Assembly (NCBI GenBank): GCA_023515725.1
Contig: JALDTO010000266.1
Location: 2,188,217 to 2,252,216, forward strand
Length of the DNA: 64,000 nt
Reading direction: 5' to 3'
Origin: Amoeboaphelidium protococcarum X5
Taxonomy: Eukaryota; Fungi; Aphelidiomycota
Below the pieces are notes generated by a model that saw only the letters and a list, made by a program, of their open reading frames with translations, did no database searches and had not been told where the DNA came from. Below are positions 39,301-52,342 of the stretch, piece after piece; positions within the stretch are counted from its first letter, which is position 1, and the number at the start of each line of letters is the position of its first letter. The translations under genes and the position numbers were made by a program.

Positions 39301-40417
39301 TGTCAACCCAATGACAAGCTATCGTCCGCTGTGTAATCAATATCAAGCATTATAGCTTTGCAATAAGCATTGTTATCCTTCAGATCACTAAGCGGCAGAA
39401 CCGTTCGCGTTACCTCTACGTGGTTGATGACAATGATTAAGTAGAACTTGAACTAAGGCGAGTAGCTGTGCATCAATGTCAGATTTGTAACCAGGTGGAG
39501 AGCTTCAGTTTTAAGCAGACTCGTAAATAGAGAGAACTATCTACAATGTACTAAATCAGGAACTGATTCGCGATGCATATGATGTCGCTAATGTATTCAG
39601 CAAGCTTTCAACATCAATGTGTATTTGCAAACGCCTTGAATACAACAAAAGCAGCGCAAATTAAACATTACGGCATAAGGAACTTAGACTAGCCAGACTG
39701 ATTACCATTCATTCTCAACTTGATGGCGTGTACAGAGCAAAATGTCACCGGCTGATTACAATACGATTCAATTATATTACGCGGCAAGAGATTCACAGGA
39801 ACCGCCGTGTAAACTGCATGCTACTGTAAAATCAACTAATTAGATCGATCAGCTACCAGCTTACATTAAATAACAGGGATAGAGCAGGGCATTCAAAGAG
39901 CTGATCGATTAGTGCTTCATTGCCGAAGATTGTCGATACAAGCATACTTCTCAAATTGAATCACAATGGCGATTGATAACTCTAATGATGCGCTTTAGTA
40001 CTCAGAAGGAAGTGACATTGACACTCTACTTATACATTCTCAATTCTGCAGTATAAGTCATCAGCCACTTTTAATTCTAAAGCGATAAAGTTACGGAATA
40101 GCTGAGTATGCGCAATTCAAGTAAACCCACCTCTTCTCAACAGACACACAATTCAGTCTCATCGAATCCAAAGACGATACCAAACTTTTTAAACGGTCAT
40201 AGATGTACTGCATTTCAAATAAAACCCCCGCTAAGTATTTTGATAGCTGGAGACTGATAATTCAGGCAAGTATTAAAATGAAGAAACGATATTCAAAGGG
40301 AATCAGCTTGGACATGTTCCCATTACTTGCGCTATTGGAAAAACGCGTCAACACATGCACAACTACGAGCAAAGGTAGAGGAATTAAATAATATCTATTA
40401 CCAATATCATTATTCAA

Positions 40418-40693
40418 TCATCCGCCGTATTATTCCAAGCGCTTCAGCAATAATGCGCCAGTATCAAGAAATCTTTCAACGCAATTACCGAGGCAGTCAA
40501 CATCAGCCTTGTCCAATTTAGAGCCTAGCTTCCACGCACTCACAGATCCAATTGGACACTTTTCCCAGCACATTGACGTGAATGTATGTACCTGCTGCTA
40601 AAACTTGGCCTTTTACTGTTCCATCAAGAGAAATTACTACAGTTCCTTCTAAGCTGCCTACTCAGATGGCGATAAAGATGCGGATGTCGACAT
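40418..40693 (-). CDS. TIM8: Mitochondrial small Tim chaperone Tim8
   Basis: ELQQFLLMEQQKAKFQQQVHTFTSMCWEKC...KLDKADVDCLGNCVERFLDT twin CX3C motif. Absent from the ORF track because of TAR codons. Confidence 0.93.
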
Positions 40694-40932
40694 TATTTTG
40701 ACGCGTTTATGTGTTGTAATTGATTATGATGATTTTGGGCGATAGAAAGAAGAAATGATCAGCGAACGGAAGTTGGTGGGAGTATAATGACAAGTGGGAG
40801 ATTGGCTCAAGTAAGTATGCAGGATAATATTGACATCTTTATGTGAGGACAATCAGGAGGTATAAAGATCAAATTTCAATATTATTATAAGGAGAACAAC
40901 TAACATCCAATATCAATCTGTACAAAAATCAT

Positions 40933-41256
40933 TCACTCGGGCTTGGTCGCGGTATTCAACTCATCTTCAATCTCTTGTACAATTTATCGCGTAGCCATCC
41001 GAAGTTTAGCTAATAGCTCATAGTATGCTTCTGTAATGTCTTGAATCTATTCGGTTCTAGATTAAATTACATCTTCACTTTAAGCTTGTGTCAACTGTGA
41101 GATTACTATGCAACCATCAGCGGCAATGTCCAACAGCTGAGGTATAGCCGCTTGCAACTTTTCAATTTAGGCAACTATTCTCACAGCACTAGACGTGTCA
41201 TTTTCTATTGCCATTTCTTAGTCACTGTGATTACTTTAAATCTACGCGTTCTCCAT
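40933..41256 (-). CDS. MED11: Mediator subunit Med11-like
   Basis: 107-aa helical protein IVAQIEKLQAAIPQLLDIAADGCIVISQL...ITEAYYELLAKLRMATRQIVQEI, resembling the Med11 two-helix pattern. Confidence 0.55.
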
Positions 41257-41390
41257 TGTTGTTAACGTATTAAGTTACTGCTGCTGAGGTGACGCCAATA
41301 GTGAACAATTGCTATCAGGAGAGTTGAACTTGGTTTCTTCAATTTGTAAGATTAAAACTGAATTGTTTTATAATCGTAAAAATTCCATAT

Positions 41391-42212
41391 ATGTCTGACG
41401 GAGTAAATTATGCCAAAGAGCATTTGGAGATTGCGGCTACTGAGCGAACTTTTGACTTGGGATATATGCGCACTTGCTTGTAGTTGATTACCATTGGAAT
41501 GTTTCTACTGCGGTTATATGGTCTCACGCCAGCGTTGGAATAATCGTGTGGCCTGAGACGTATCGGAATTAGTTTAATTGTTTTTGCGGTGATTACATTC
41601 GTAATTGGATGGTTTGGTAGACGATGGAGTCTAAAAAAGATGTCGCTCAAGTATGGCCAAAAGTAGTAATAGGATTAGTCTATAGGGAGGTAGCGGTAGG
41701 AACCCACGTAGAAAGGATCCAATCATGAAGCTGTACGCGCTAGTCAAGAGGGTCTGGTAAATGATAATGATATTGATTCTTAGAACGATGATGATATTGA
41801 GGTATAAGCTGAGTATTCAGTCAAAGCTGGTGCAGATGAAGAGATCGAGATGGTAGATTTAAGTGCTGCTCCTCGACAAGTTCCGCTGTAGTAAGGTCCA
41901 TAGCAAAACATTCAGTAAATTGATCCGTAGTGTGATCTTCCATCAAGGCGGTAATTAATCCAGGAATTGATTGACATAGAAATTTATGAGCTCGAATGCA
42001 AATCAGAAGACTTGGTAGGATAGACATACCATGTACCGATACCTGCAGGTGATAAATAGTTTGCTAGTGAATTCTATCAATGGCGCGAATCTCTCGAGAG
42101 CCCACCGACCGCGCAAGTATTCGAGACTGCTGGTCTTGAGGTGGCCTTAATTGGGACCACCGCCTTCCTCCTTTCAATCATCATTCTCATATTTACGTGG
42201 CAATGTAGTTGA
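41391..42212 (+). CDS. DUF202 (YidH/Vtc1-like) membrane protein with a long acidic loop
   Basis: EHLEIAATERTFDLGYMRTCLQLITIGMFLLRL resembles the DUF202 ANERTFLAWxRT motif; two N-terminal TM segments and one C-terminal TM segment. Confidence 0.65.
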
Positions 42213-42280
42213 TCAATCGACAATAATGTTAAAGTACTGTATGATATGTACAATAAGCACCGTTTATTTATCTCTCCAAC

Positions 42281-44584
42281 TCAAGTTTCTTCCAGTTCCA
42301 AAGACGGCCTTTCAGATAAGAGACTGATAAGAAACGACCAATATGTTTGCATGGACGGTCTATCGTCAGGCAGATTAGGATACTGCAAATTCGGGCTTGA
42401 TTTTATAGGTTCACCATAAAGCAAAGACATTATCACATAATGCATTGGATAATACTCTGACAACTATTTCAAAAGCAATTTATACTGATAGAAAATCGTA
42501 ACAACACTAATAGGATTGTTGCACAGCTTCATCTTTTAAATCTTGTTCCAAGTGTTGCGATGACGCTACATATTATATACCAGCGATGGAGTCATATTGT
42601 ACAGAGCACGATCTTGTGTAATACTAGCTGCACCTACGGCAGCTCCACCGGATCGCGATGATTACCGACTATGTGTTCGTGAACTTTAAGCTGATGCGCG
42701 TCTCAAGTACAGTTCTTCATCTTCATCAACTTCATTCAACTAGGCCATTTTATTATTGCCAGACTCTGATAGAAATTTGAACCAAATTCCACCAGGCAGT
42801 CTGGATGGATCTTTTACTCGGAGCATTAGAGCAAACAGTGGGAAATGATTGAGGAACGCCAAAAAGATCTTTATCACCACTTGGTATAAAATACTAACCA
42901 CCCGACATACACAGAATAACACATAATATACTATGACCGTAGGATAGAGAAAGGAGAAAAGAGTGAACAGAATAGTCCCCAGCAACAGCTGATCTAAATC
43001 ATAATCGCAAGAGTCGAGACGCAATCTCAGAGCATTAAATTTTCTACCTCGAAACAGATTAAACAGCGAGTACAATATCTACAACTACCAATTGTATATT
43101 TTGGCTGCAAAAGTATAAAATAGAACTATATGCAAATTCAACAAGAATGACAAGTCCGCAGCAATAGCCAATATCATTGTGCACCCAAAGACTCCGCTCA
43201 TTCCAACCAGGCCCAAAAGCTGAGGCATTAAATCAAGAACTTTATCCAGTACATGAATCCACATCTGAAGAAGCCATAGGAACAACTCTCCAATAAACTT
43301 GTCCAAATTATCATTCAACTTCAGCCCAGCAGGCCATCCCATCAACCAACCTATGGCGTTTTCAATCACATCGTGATTAATGAAATGTAGACAACTAGAC
43401 AGATACTTGGTAAGTTGGTATCTATTCTCGTAGATAAAAGTGCCAAATGCTATACCCATAATGACATCATTCGCCACCAACCAGACGGTATTATAAAAAT
43501 TGATATAATGCGCTCGATTCCTTACAGACTTTCTCCACCCAGGACGGAGGAATACTGCGTACTACCAAGGCCAGAAGCAAGCCTATTGCAGTCTCAGATT
43601 AATTTGACGTGCAATATTGGATAAACTTACCAAAGATATGCTATTCCCAATTTAAAAATTAATGACCAATATTATAATTTCACATATGACTCGCAATATC
43701 ATTATTGTCACAGATACAGGATATTTAAAGAGCCGTACAAGCTTTCCAAATATCGCAAATATTGACGATATAAATTGCAATATCATGGATCTGGCAAGGT
43801 AAAGAATCGTCAAATTCTATCGGCCCTTTAACACAATTGCATCAAGCTTCATTTCTTTACATTTATCAGTAAGCATCTTTCTAAAATCATTAGAGCAATT
43901 CGCCTGAGCGATAAGTACCGAAAAGTCATTTGACTTACTGTTATGATTGATGTCGCTGATCGATTGGCCGCCCTCCATATCACCATCATAAGCATGAGAT
44001 AAAACTTTGGCTTCTAATAACGATTAAAGGGAGGAATTAACAGACTCTTTACTGCCTACAGCCTCCACATTCTATACAATCATGCGCAAATCCACGTCTA
44101 AACTCATTGAGTAGATGGAATAGAATTAGAGATCAAAAGAATCAGTAGGGCGGTAAAATATCATTTAGACATTGAGGCCTTACTATGGAAGACCATTCAA
44201 TGAAAGAGACAAAAAATCCAAGCCAGTAGCTGTACCATTACTATCATCATCATCATCATATACCAACTCCAACCAGAATGATAAATCCGTAATGTATTGC
44301 TGATATATTCTCGCAGACGAGCGATTCAACTTGCTATAAGTCTACTTATCTCTATAAACCTCCCCCAAAACACAAGCCTCAGCACCAGCTATTTCATTCA
44401 TGTACTTGCATTCTTTATAATCTCTATTGAGAGCGGTACAAACATCAGTCAACTCCTTAAAGGAGGACTAGCATACAATAGCAGCCACACAGCACTGAGA
44501 GGGCGATGAATTCCATCCAACCAGGAAGCCACAGTCAGCCTCCAATTAAAGGCTAGAAGGAAATAAAACAACAACTTTATCCAT
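42281..44584 (-). CDS. GPI1: GPI-GlcNAc transferase subunit Gpi1/PIG-Q
   Basis: WLMGWPAGLKLNDNLDKFIGELFLW, SLFNLFRGRKFNALRLRLDSCDYDLDQLLLGTILFT, N-terminal GFLVGWN. Confidence 0.94.
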
Positions 44585-45238
44585 TTACAAATTCAGATAA
44601 TAATGGTATACAATGTACCAAGTATTCAGAAGCTACCTCTACGTCTAAATTCTCTAAAGTACCGAGATGATTGCAACTATTGTTACCGTGGGGTAAGGTT
44701 GGGCCGAGCGTTCAAAAGTTCCGGAGGTAGACAGCGGTATATGAGATAGACAAGAGCGGTGTACACAATAGATAAACCAGCGGCGGCCACAATCAAACTG
44801 AATTTATTACGAGGAAGAACTGTGAGACCGGACAATGAATCTGATCCAAAATATTAGTTTTACTGCAAACCAATCGAGTATCCAACAACTGCGGCAAGAA
44901 TTGTCTACATTTTATTTCACTCGTCTTTTGTTAACTCTCTCTCTCTCTCTCAATTCTTCCCTGTTGGAAGTTCTATAAATTTGCAACTGCTTTGTATTGT
45001 TTCAGCACCCACTCACAGACACACACTGAAGGAACGGGAGATATGTTCTGGCAAGAACGAGACGTGAAATTATCTCTCGCCGCGTAACCAAGGAACGTTG
45101 AAATGAAATCCTGATAATTCAATAAATAGTACATGCATGTATGCCATAAGTGCGGCAGATGATCTAATACACGAGGAAAGGCTGAGAATAAAGAATTACG
45201 GCAAATTATATGGTTATACGCCTAGTCGGGAAAAAATT

Positions 45239-45271
45239 ATATCGCTGCCGACCGCAGGTCGGTTGCGATAT
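45239..45271. repeat. Subterminal inverted repeat (hairpin) of the transposon
   Basis: ATATCGC-TG-CCGACC-GCA-GGTCGG-TT-GCGATAT. Confidence 0.7.
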
Positions 45272-45354
45272 TTTATACGGATTTCAAGGGATGAGTAAGA
45301 AGAAACCGAAGATCTGCGATCATATCCACTCAATTACTCAATCAGTTCATAAAA

Positions 45355-48300
45355 TCACGTCTATTTCAACTTTCTCTCTCTTTCTACACGCTTTCTGAAC
45401 TTTTTATAGAGACTTGTACGCATTTACAACAAAGAATCGTCTAACTAACTTGATGCATCGCATCTTTTGGAAGAATGGCCTTCAGTACATTAATTGGAAT
45501 CAGCCATCAATCTTGGCTTCCAGCAGATTTTGCAGACTTGTTTCACTGATTCGCTTCTCAAATTACTGTCCAACTCTTCTTCATTGACAAATCCGTTTTC
45601 AGGTGTCAACACGTCGTCGCCGAATCTCTAACGCAGCAGTTCAGTCAAATTGACAGCCTCAGTCATTGTGACAGGCCCAGTATCAGCTTAAATGATATCG
45701 ACGGTATGATAAGTTAATTAGTTAAAGGTCGGCTGTTCGTTGATGTCTACATTCTCTCCAAAATTGTCAACTCTAGGAATATCATCACCATCAGGCAGAC
45801 CCAAAACTGGATTGAACAAAGTGCCCATATCCAGATTGGTGAAGTAAGCATCGTCTATACTATCAACTAATCTCTAAATATCCTAATCTGCAGTAGCAAG
45901 CAAATCATTGACACTCTAAACAGACTGAGTAGCAGGACAGATGCAGCTCAAATTGTTCAATGAAGTCTGTGTTTCTACAGATACATGTTCAACTACTTAG
46001 ACAGTTTACTCAGTAGACACCTAATGCAACTACGGAATTTCGAACGGAATATGCAATGCTGTTGGGTCAGTCAAATGATTTTATAGCTGTCTGAACTGGG
46101 CCTTAAATGGATCAATCGCGTATTTGCATGCCAACTTACGTTCCACAATATCTTCAAAACTCTTCAAATGGCTTGGTGCTTTAAAAGAGTATTCTGATAA
46201 CAAATCATCAACTTCAGACTAATTTGAGCAGGCGGCAATCTTGTTATAAACCAGAAAATTCCATCGATCAGCCATTTACTCATAATCTACTTACTTATCA
46301 TCACCGTTTTTCTTGGTGCAATATTGTTCAAACAGTGACATGAATAAGATGAGCTCTTTTTGGGAGGAGACGGGACGTGATATGACATTGAATGCAAACT
46401 TAGAGATCATATCATCAGAGTTCAGCTTGATGGGCTCAGTAGATATATCACTCTAATCCATATCAATAACAGTCAAATCAACTTCAACTGGATCGGCCAG
46501 TGCATCAATCAGTTCTTCATCAAAGCCACCTTCGCATTCCATCATCAGCTACTAGTCAGAAATGTTCTTTAGATCAAGAGATTTGCCCAAATACTTACTA
46601 CAGCCAAATTTAACAGATTTTGAGAATTCAGATACCTGTGGAATGGTCAGATTCTCAAAAACAGGACACTTGAAGTATTTCGCATTGTCGACATACAACT
46701 GCTTAATTTAGCTCAGCACTAGTGGGTTGTAAATATGAAAATCCGGAGTCAGCCCACAGGTCAGTGCCGCATCTTGATTTCTTCTGTAGACAAAGTCCAT
46801 GAGCATAACATTATATAGCTCAGGAGAGATAGACTTTGCTTAAAACGCATTGTACAACATCATGTGATATCCTTCTTATTGGCTGGTACCTCTAAAACAC
46901 TTGAACTACTTAAAAGATCCATCATCTCCAGGCTTTAATTGCAAGTACATGTCAACACCAGGAGGATCTGATAAACAGCCATCTTTGGCGTGCTTCAGAT
47001 TACGCTCGTGATGTTTCATTACTTGATCATCAATGAACTCACTGTTAACCGCTCTGAACATTTAGACCACCTGATCAATTCTATTCGACAAAATATCCGC
47101 AGGTGGAACAAATCTTCTCACTTTACCATTACGCAATAGATAGCTTCTCTTGATCTGATCCATTTACTTATCTGATACTCCACGCTGCTGTAATACTGAC
47201 TTCACATCTTGCATGTCTTCTTCAGAACAGATGAATATCGCGTCGCGGAGGTTGGAGGCAAAGAGAGAGTATAGAGGATGTTTCTTCTTAACAGGATACC
47301 GCTCCATGAAATGAAATATATCCAAGAGTACTCGCTATCCTTATCCAGTAGCTGACAGAGATTCAAACATATCAGAGAGAAATGCTCTTTCAGTGCAGCA
47401 GAGATCTGTGAAGAAAGCCTGAGGACCCTCTTCATCTTTGGCCGCATAGCGCTGCTTCAAGACTTCAAATTCACCAGTCAACTCTTTCAGACTTTTGTTT
47501 GGCACAAGCCAGAATCCAGCTACTTGGCCATACTCATTCACCAAGGAGTATAATCCCTCAAATATCTACTGAGACTTAGACACAGGCACCTTGGCTGCTT
47601 TGAAAGTGTGATCACCGCTCAAAACTTTGCCAGTAACTTGCGCGACAGCGGCGTTCTTCAGATCATACACATCCATTTGGCTCTTATAATAGAATTTCTT
47701 TAAAACAGTAGTGGATGGAATGGATACGTTATACTAATCTTTGTCGCTGAATTCTGGAAATGGGTCAATCAGTGCAGGCAAAGCTTAAAACATTAAAGTC
47801 TTCTATGGGTTCCTTCTAACAAATGTTGATGCGGACAGATAGGCAAGATGTCTTGATTAATGCTAGTTGTTGAACAGCTCATCCAACATCTTTACAAACT
47901 CATTAAAAGAGACTCCTCGCATGATCATCCTATCCATTAATTAAATCAATTAGTTGTCCAGGATCGTGTTGTCAATCACCGTACACGGCAACTATTGCTA
48001 AACATGAGGAGGAAGATGCTGCAAAGTATCTGGATCTATTCCACGAAACTCCTTACCAGTCCTGCCACCAGTACCACAGTGACACAGATTGCATTTGTAC
48101 CTCTTGAACATGATGTAATACGACTGACCAATGCCTATTACTTTTCGAGGCCCTACTGCTGACCAGCCTGCTACCTTAACGTGACCATCCACAACGCCAT
48201 GAACTGGACAAGGCATGTGGCGAACACCAAGATGATGGAAAAACACTTCTGGCGTCCAGAATATAACTTTCTCCTTCACAAAATCCTAGCTCTCCATATA

Positions 48301-48918
48301 ATCTGAGACTAATAAAGGATTAGGCGGATAAATCCAGATATCACGCCAGGACAGAGGATTCAGCGGCTTGCAATCGCAGACACCATGACACCTTGACGAC
48401 GTTGCATTGCATTGATAGCCGCGCGAACCTGTTCCTTTAATGGCGTAGTCAATCTCATCAGTGTACTTGACTATAAATGCGGTGGAGGGATGACTTCTCC
48501 AATTCTAATCTTTCTACTCAATCACTAACGTGGCATTAACTTGATCATCATTTTCGACTGAGGAGGTAGTATCATGATGAGCATTAATATCATTTGTTTC
48601 AGGCGTCTGATCAGACGCGGATTGATGAACTGGTACATTAGCGAAAGAGTCCACTGATTGTAAGGATGCTCCAGTCAGCCAACTTGACAAAGTATTCGCG
48701 GAACCTGCGATACTGTTGTTCTTCTTTAACTATTCCAAACAAAATTTAGTGTGCGGCTTCTTATTAGATGGGAAATGAAGATTTTTACATATCGGGCACT
48801 TCCAAGTCTTACCAGGATGGATCGGTGCATTTTCTGCGTCTTCTCTCTGCCTCTTGATCTTCCTTGCACCAGGAGGAGGGACATAATTGCTGATGGACAT
48901 TCCATTGGTAGTGTTCAT
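45355..48918 (-). CDS. DDE transposase of the Dada/DUF6729 type (~1187 aa)
   Basis: N-terminal CPIC..H...H..C finger, CP..GW..GPRKVIG...RYKC domain, catalytic-type motifs SGDHTFK, VNEYGQV, TDLCC, LDIFH (DxxH) and RGTSQQEGYH, and a C-terminal CKIC..GH..C. No in-frame TGA. Confidence 0.8.
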
Positions 48919-49139
48919 TCTCAAAATCTCTCTTAACAGTGAAGTTCGCTCTACAAAAGTAATGAAATAAGTATTGAGATTGGAAATTAAATCATACTAT
49001 ATTTTGACTACGACTTTCTTTTAGGCTTCTCACGGCACTTTTTATTTTGAATGCTGATATCAGAGTCAGATATAGGCAACTGTATATCTGATACTGAAGC
49101 TGATATTTCTGAAACAGTGTTGGTCGCACGCGCAGTTTA

Positions 49140-49213
49140 TGTAGCGACATTGTCAACAACATTGTCAGCGACATTCGTTTGATCGTGTTAGCGACAATTT
49201 TGTAGCGACATTT
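49140..49213. repeat. Subterminal short direct repeats (TGT(N)AGCGACA x4)
   Basis: TGTAGCGACATT, TGTCAGCGACATT, TGTTAGCGACAATT and TGTAGCGACATT within ~75 bp upstream of the transposase. Confidence 0.75.
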
Positions 49214-49491
49214 GGCTTAAGAGTAGTAAGGTACCCAGAATTACGGTAGGAAATGTGGCGCAGTTTGAAACGTTCTCTTTATTTAAAACGGATCAGAGAT
49301 GAACGCCCACAGAGAGTGGAGAGAAACGAAATTTCGAGTGTCAAACTTTTCTGTTTCTCTCTCTCTCTCGCTCATTGTTAAATCAAGCACCAACTTTGAT
49401 TGTTCTAGAATCTGGACTCAATTACTAATTGAAAATTGATCATCATCTTTTTGAGTTAACGTTATAATTGTGAATAATTAATTGATACACC

Positions 49492-52075
49492 ATGAAAGAG
49501 CTGATAGATATAACGCAGGCGTTTAGAGACTCCCCTGGCTATAGATAAAGCCTGAGTAATAATGAGAATTAGATCCATCAGCTAGAGTCCGTAGTGAAGG
49601 GACTGATGAAGTCTGTCAAAGGCACTATCGATTTGTCTGGAGGTATGTTATTATATATATATTCGCATTATATGTATTCATCTATGCTCTTTTATTCCAA
49701 TATTGTATGTAGATATGTCTACTAAATAGCTTTAGTTTTGTCATGATTTGAATAATATGTGTCACTTGGAATCTGATGATCAAACTGTTGACCTGTCCAT
49801 CAAGTCCTTCATATCGAGCATGTATGAGGTGGAGAAGGCTCGCAAGATCATGGCGCAGCAGATGCAGTTGATATTCGTGGACTAGTCGGACACTTTTGTA
49901 AAGAGAGACATTCATGGTGTGAAAGAGAGCAAAAAGCAGTTTGAACAGATGAGTGATAAGGTGGACTCGGCTTTGGAAAAGTACTTGTCCAAGAGACCAT
50001 TTGATCCCAGTTAGAAATTGATTACCATTTAGAAGGGAGATCAGGCTTAGGCCACTGCAATGGCTAATAGTTAGAATTAGCTGGAGATGGCCGCTGAAGA
50101 GGTTGCTCATGTACGGTATGATTTCCATCAGAAGAGTATCTAGCATGCGGAGGAGCTGAATGCCTTTTAAAAGTTGAAGCGTGTCGAGTATCTGGAGACT
50201 CTTTTAGCTTTCATTCAGTTGCAGAGCAGTTTTTATCATTAATGTTACGAGTTTATGCATGAGCTGGATCCCACGATTTAGGAGTTCTCCAAGTATTTGA
50301 ACAGTGTGCGTCTGTAGCATTAGGAATATCAGGTGAGTATCAAAGATGTTCGTGAGCAAGAATTGAAGAATGCAGTTCCATATTACAATCCTCTGACCCG
50401 TCCGGTGTATCCTAGTAAGATCAAATAGATCCCAGTGGCTACAAAGGCTGGATATTTGATCAAGAAAGGATCAGGCAAAATTACCCAAGTTTGGTCTCGG
50501 AGATGGTTCGTGGTCAGGAATGGGTACTTTGTATACACCACTAGGGGCAAGGATGAGCCTGCGACTTTGGCAGCTGCACTTAAGCTATGCACAGTGAAAT
50601 TGGTTGAAGTTCCGGAGAGAAGGTTCTGCTTTGAACTTATCTCCCCTATGAAGTCTTATGTTCTTCAAGCTGAGAATGAGAAGGATCTCAAAGATTGGAT
50701 GGAAGTTATATAGAATGCTATTGGGTTGGCTTTGAATAGCGATGACTCTGCTGATCATTTATTGCGCAATATGCATTCAAAAGAGAAGCTTGATGATGAT
50801 TTTTTCGATTTGGAAAAAGATCAGATACCGGAAGTCAATAGGGAGATGGCTGAGTAGATTAAGTCTATTCCCGGCAATAGTGGTTGTGCTGATTGTGGCA
50901 ATGATCAAGCCGAGTGGTCAAGTATTAATTTGGGCATTCTCTTGTGTATCGAGTGTTCTGGTATTCATCGATCTCTGGGTGTACAGGTGTCCAAGGTTAG
51001 ATCTCTTTTGCTTGATAAATGGGAACAGGAATCGTATGATATGATGATCATGTTGGGTAATCAGAAAGTCAATGAAATCTACGAGGCTTTGTATTCCCCA
51101 GACACATCTTCCGTCAAGAAGGCCACCGTCAAATCTGACCGTTTAGAAAAGGAGAAGTGGATTGCTGCCAAGTATGTTAATAAGAAATTTGTTAATCAGG
51201 CGCCAATTGCGGAATTATAATAAAGTTTGTGGGAGGCCTTTGATGTGAAAGATATCGGCCGTCTGCTGTCATGTATTGCTTAAGGTTGCCCGGTAGATAC
51301 GCGCAATAGTAGTGGATAGACAATTTTGTTGGCTGCAATTGAGAGAAATGATTAGCTGATGAAGCATTTCGCCTTGGTGTGGAATGCCGATATCAAAGTT
51401 GTGGACCGGGATAATAACAGTACGCTACATTATGCTATCATAAGTGGTGATTAAAAGTTTGTTTAGTATCTGCTGAAGAGAAGAATTGACTGTAATATCA
51501 AGAACGCTGGTGGAAAGTTGGCAATCGATCTGGCATTAGAGAAGGGAGATCCGCAGTTGGTGACCATGATTAGACTGCATCAATTCGAGTTGGAGGAGAG
51601 TTTACCTGCCAAGAAGGCACCATAGCGCGATACCATGATTGGATTACCGCCATCTGTCAGCACTACGGCTAACAGTGAGCTGACTCACCGAGCTTCATCC
51701 ACCGACCTGAATGCGCCAGATCGTCAGTTGCCCGATCCTGGTATGAATCCTGATTATGATTAGCATGGCAGCTCTTCCGCTAATGGTCAGCATCATAACT
51801 ACTCTCCATCTAATGCGGGCGGTGCTGTGTCTGGAGATGAAAGATCTGTGAATTAGGATGACAAGTCACTGTCTGCTAAATTTAATCGCCTATCTCCTAC
51901 CAAAGCAGCCAAGAACTTGTTCAACACCTTTAGAAGCTAAAGTCCTACCAGAGTGAAATCTGGCTCGCAGGGACATTTGGACAAGCACAGTTCGTATTAT
52001 GCGCCCGCAGACTCTGACGAGAGACAGAATATGATGACAGGTGGTAGTCAAACTCAAGGCTCTGAAATGTCTTGA
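49492..52075 (+). CDS. ACAP/centaurin-beta-like BAR-PH-ArfGAP-ankyrin protein, 1 intron
   Basis: DSPGYR (BAR start), KAGYLIKK...WSRRWF...RRFCFELISP (PH), CADC...WSSINLGILLCIECSGIHRSLGVQVSKVRSL (ArfGAP), ankyrin repeats. Intron at about 49643-49711. Confidence 0.92.
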
Positions 52076-52342
52076 TTAATATACACACAGGCGTCGAGAG
52101 ATATTGTTAATGGTACTTTTGATGATGATGATGATAAAAATGATTCCGTGATTCTATAAATTCGTTATGATAATACTGTAATGTAGTAAAAATAAGTTTT
52201 TCATAACAAGAAAGTAATAACTAAACGAGCATAAATAATTTTCACTACATTCCGGTATAACTATTACTCTTTCACTCAAGTAAATTCCTAAACATTTCCA
52301 ATAACCAAGTATGGTACTTATAGTACGACATCTTCTTCAAGC

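Larger units (their letters stand above)
45202..49236 (-). mobile_element. Dada-like DDE DNA transposon (putative full-length copy)
   Basis: Intact transposase ORF; flanking direct repeat AGAATTACGG at 45192-45201 and 49237-49246; subterminal AGCGACA repeats at one end and a hairpin at the other; no terminal inverted repeats seen. Confidence 0.65.

Noticed and set aside
39400-40400. Possible spliced gene downstream of TIM8
   Set aside because: I could not build a consistent exon chain or recognise a protein.
44689-44730. GGTAAGGTTGGGCCGAGCG resembling the 5' end of a tRNA-Leu (a possible Dada target)
   Set aside because: No anticodon arm, T-arm (GTTCRA) or acceptor complement can be built, and it lies ~470 bp from the proposed element end.
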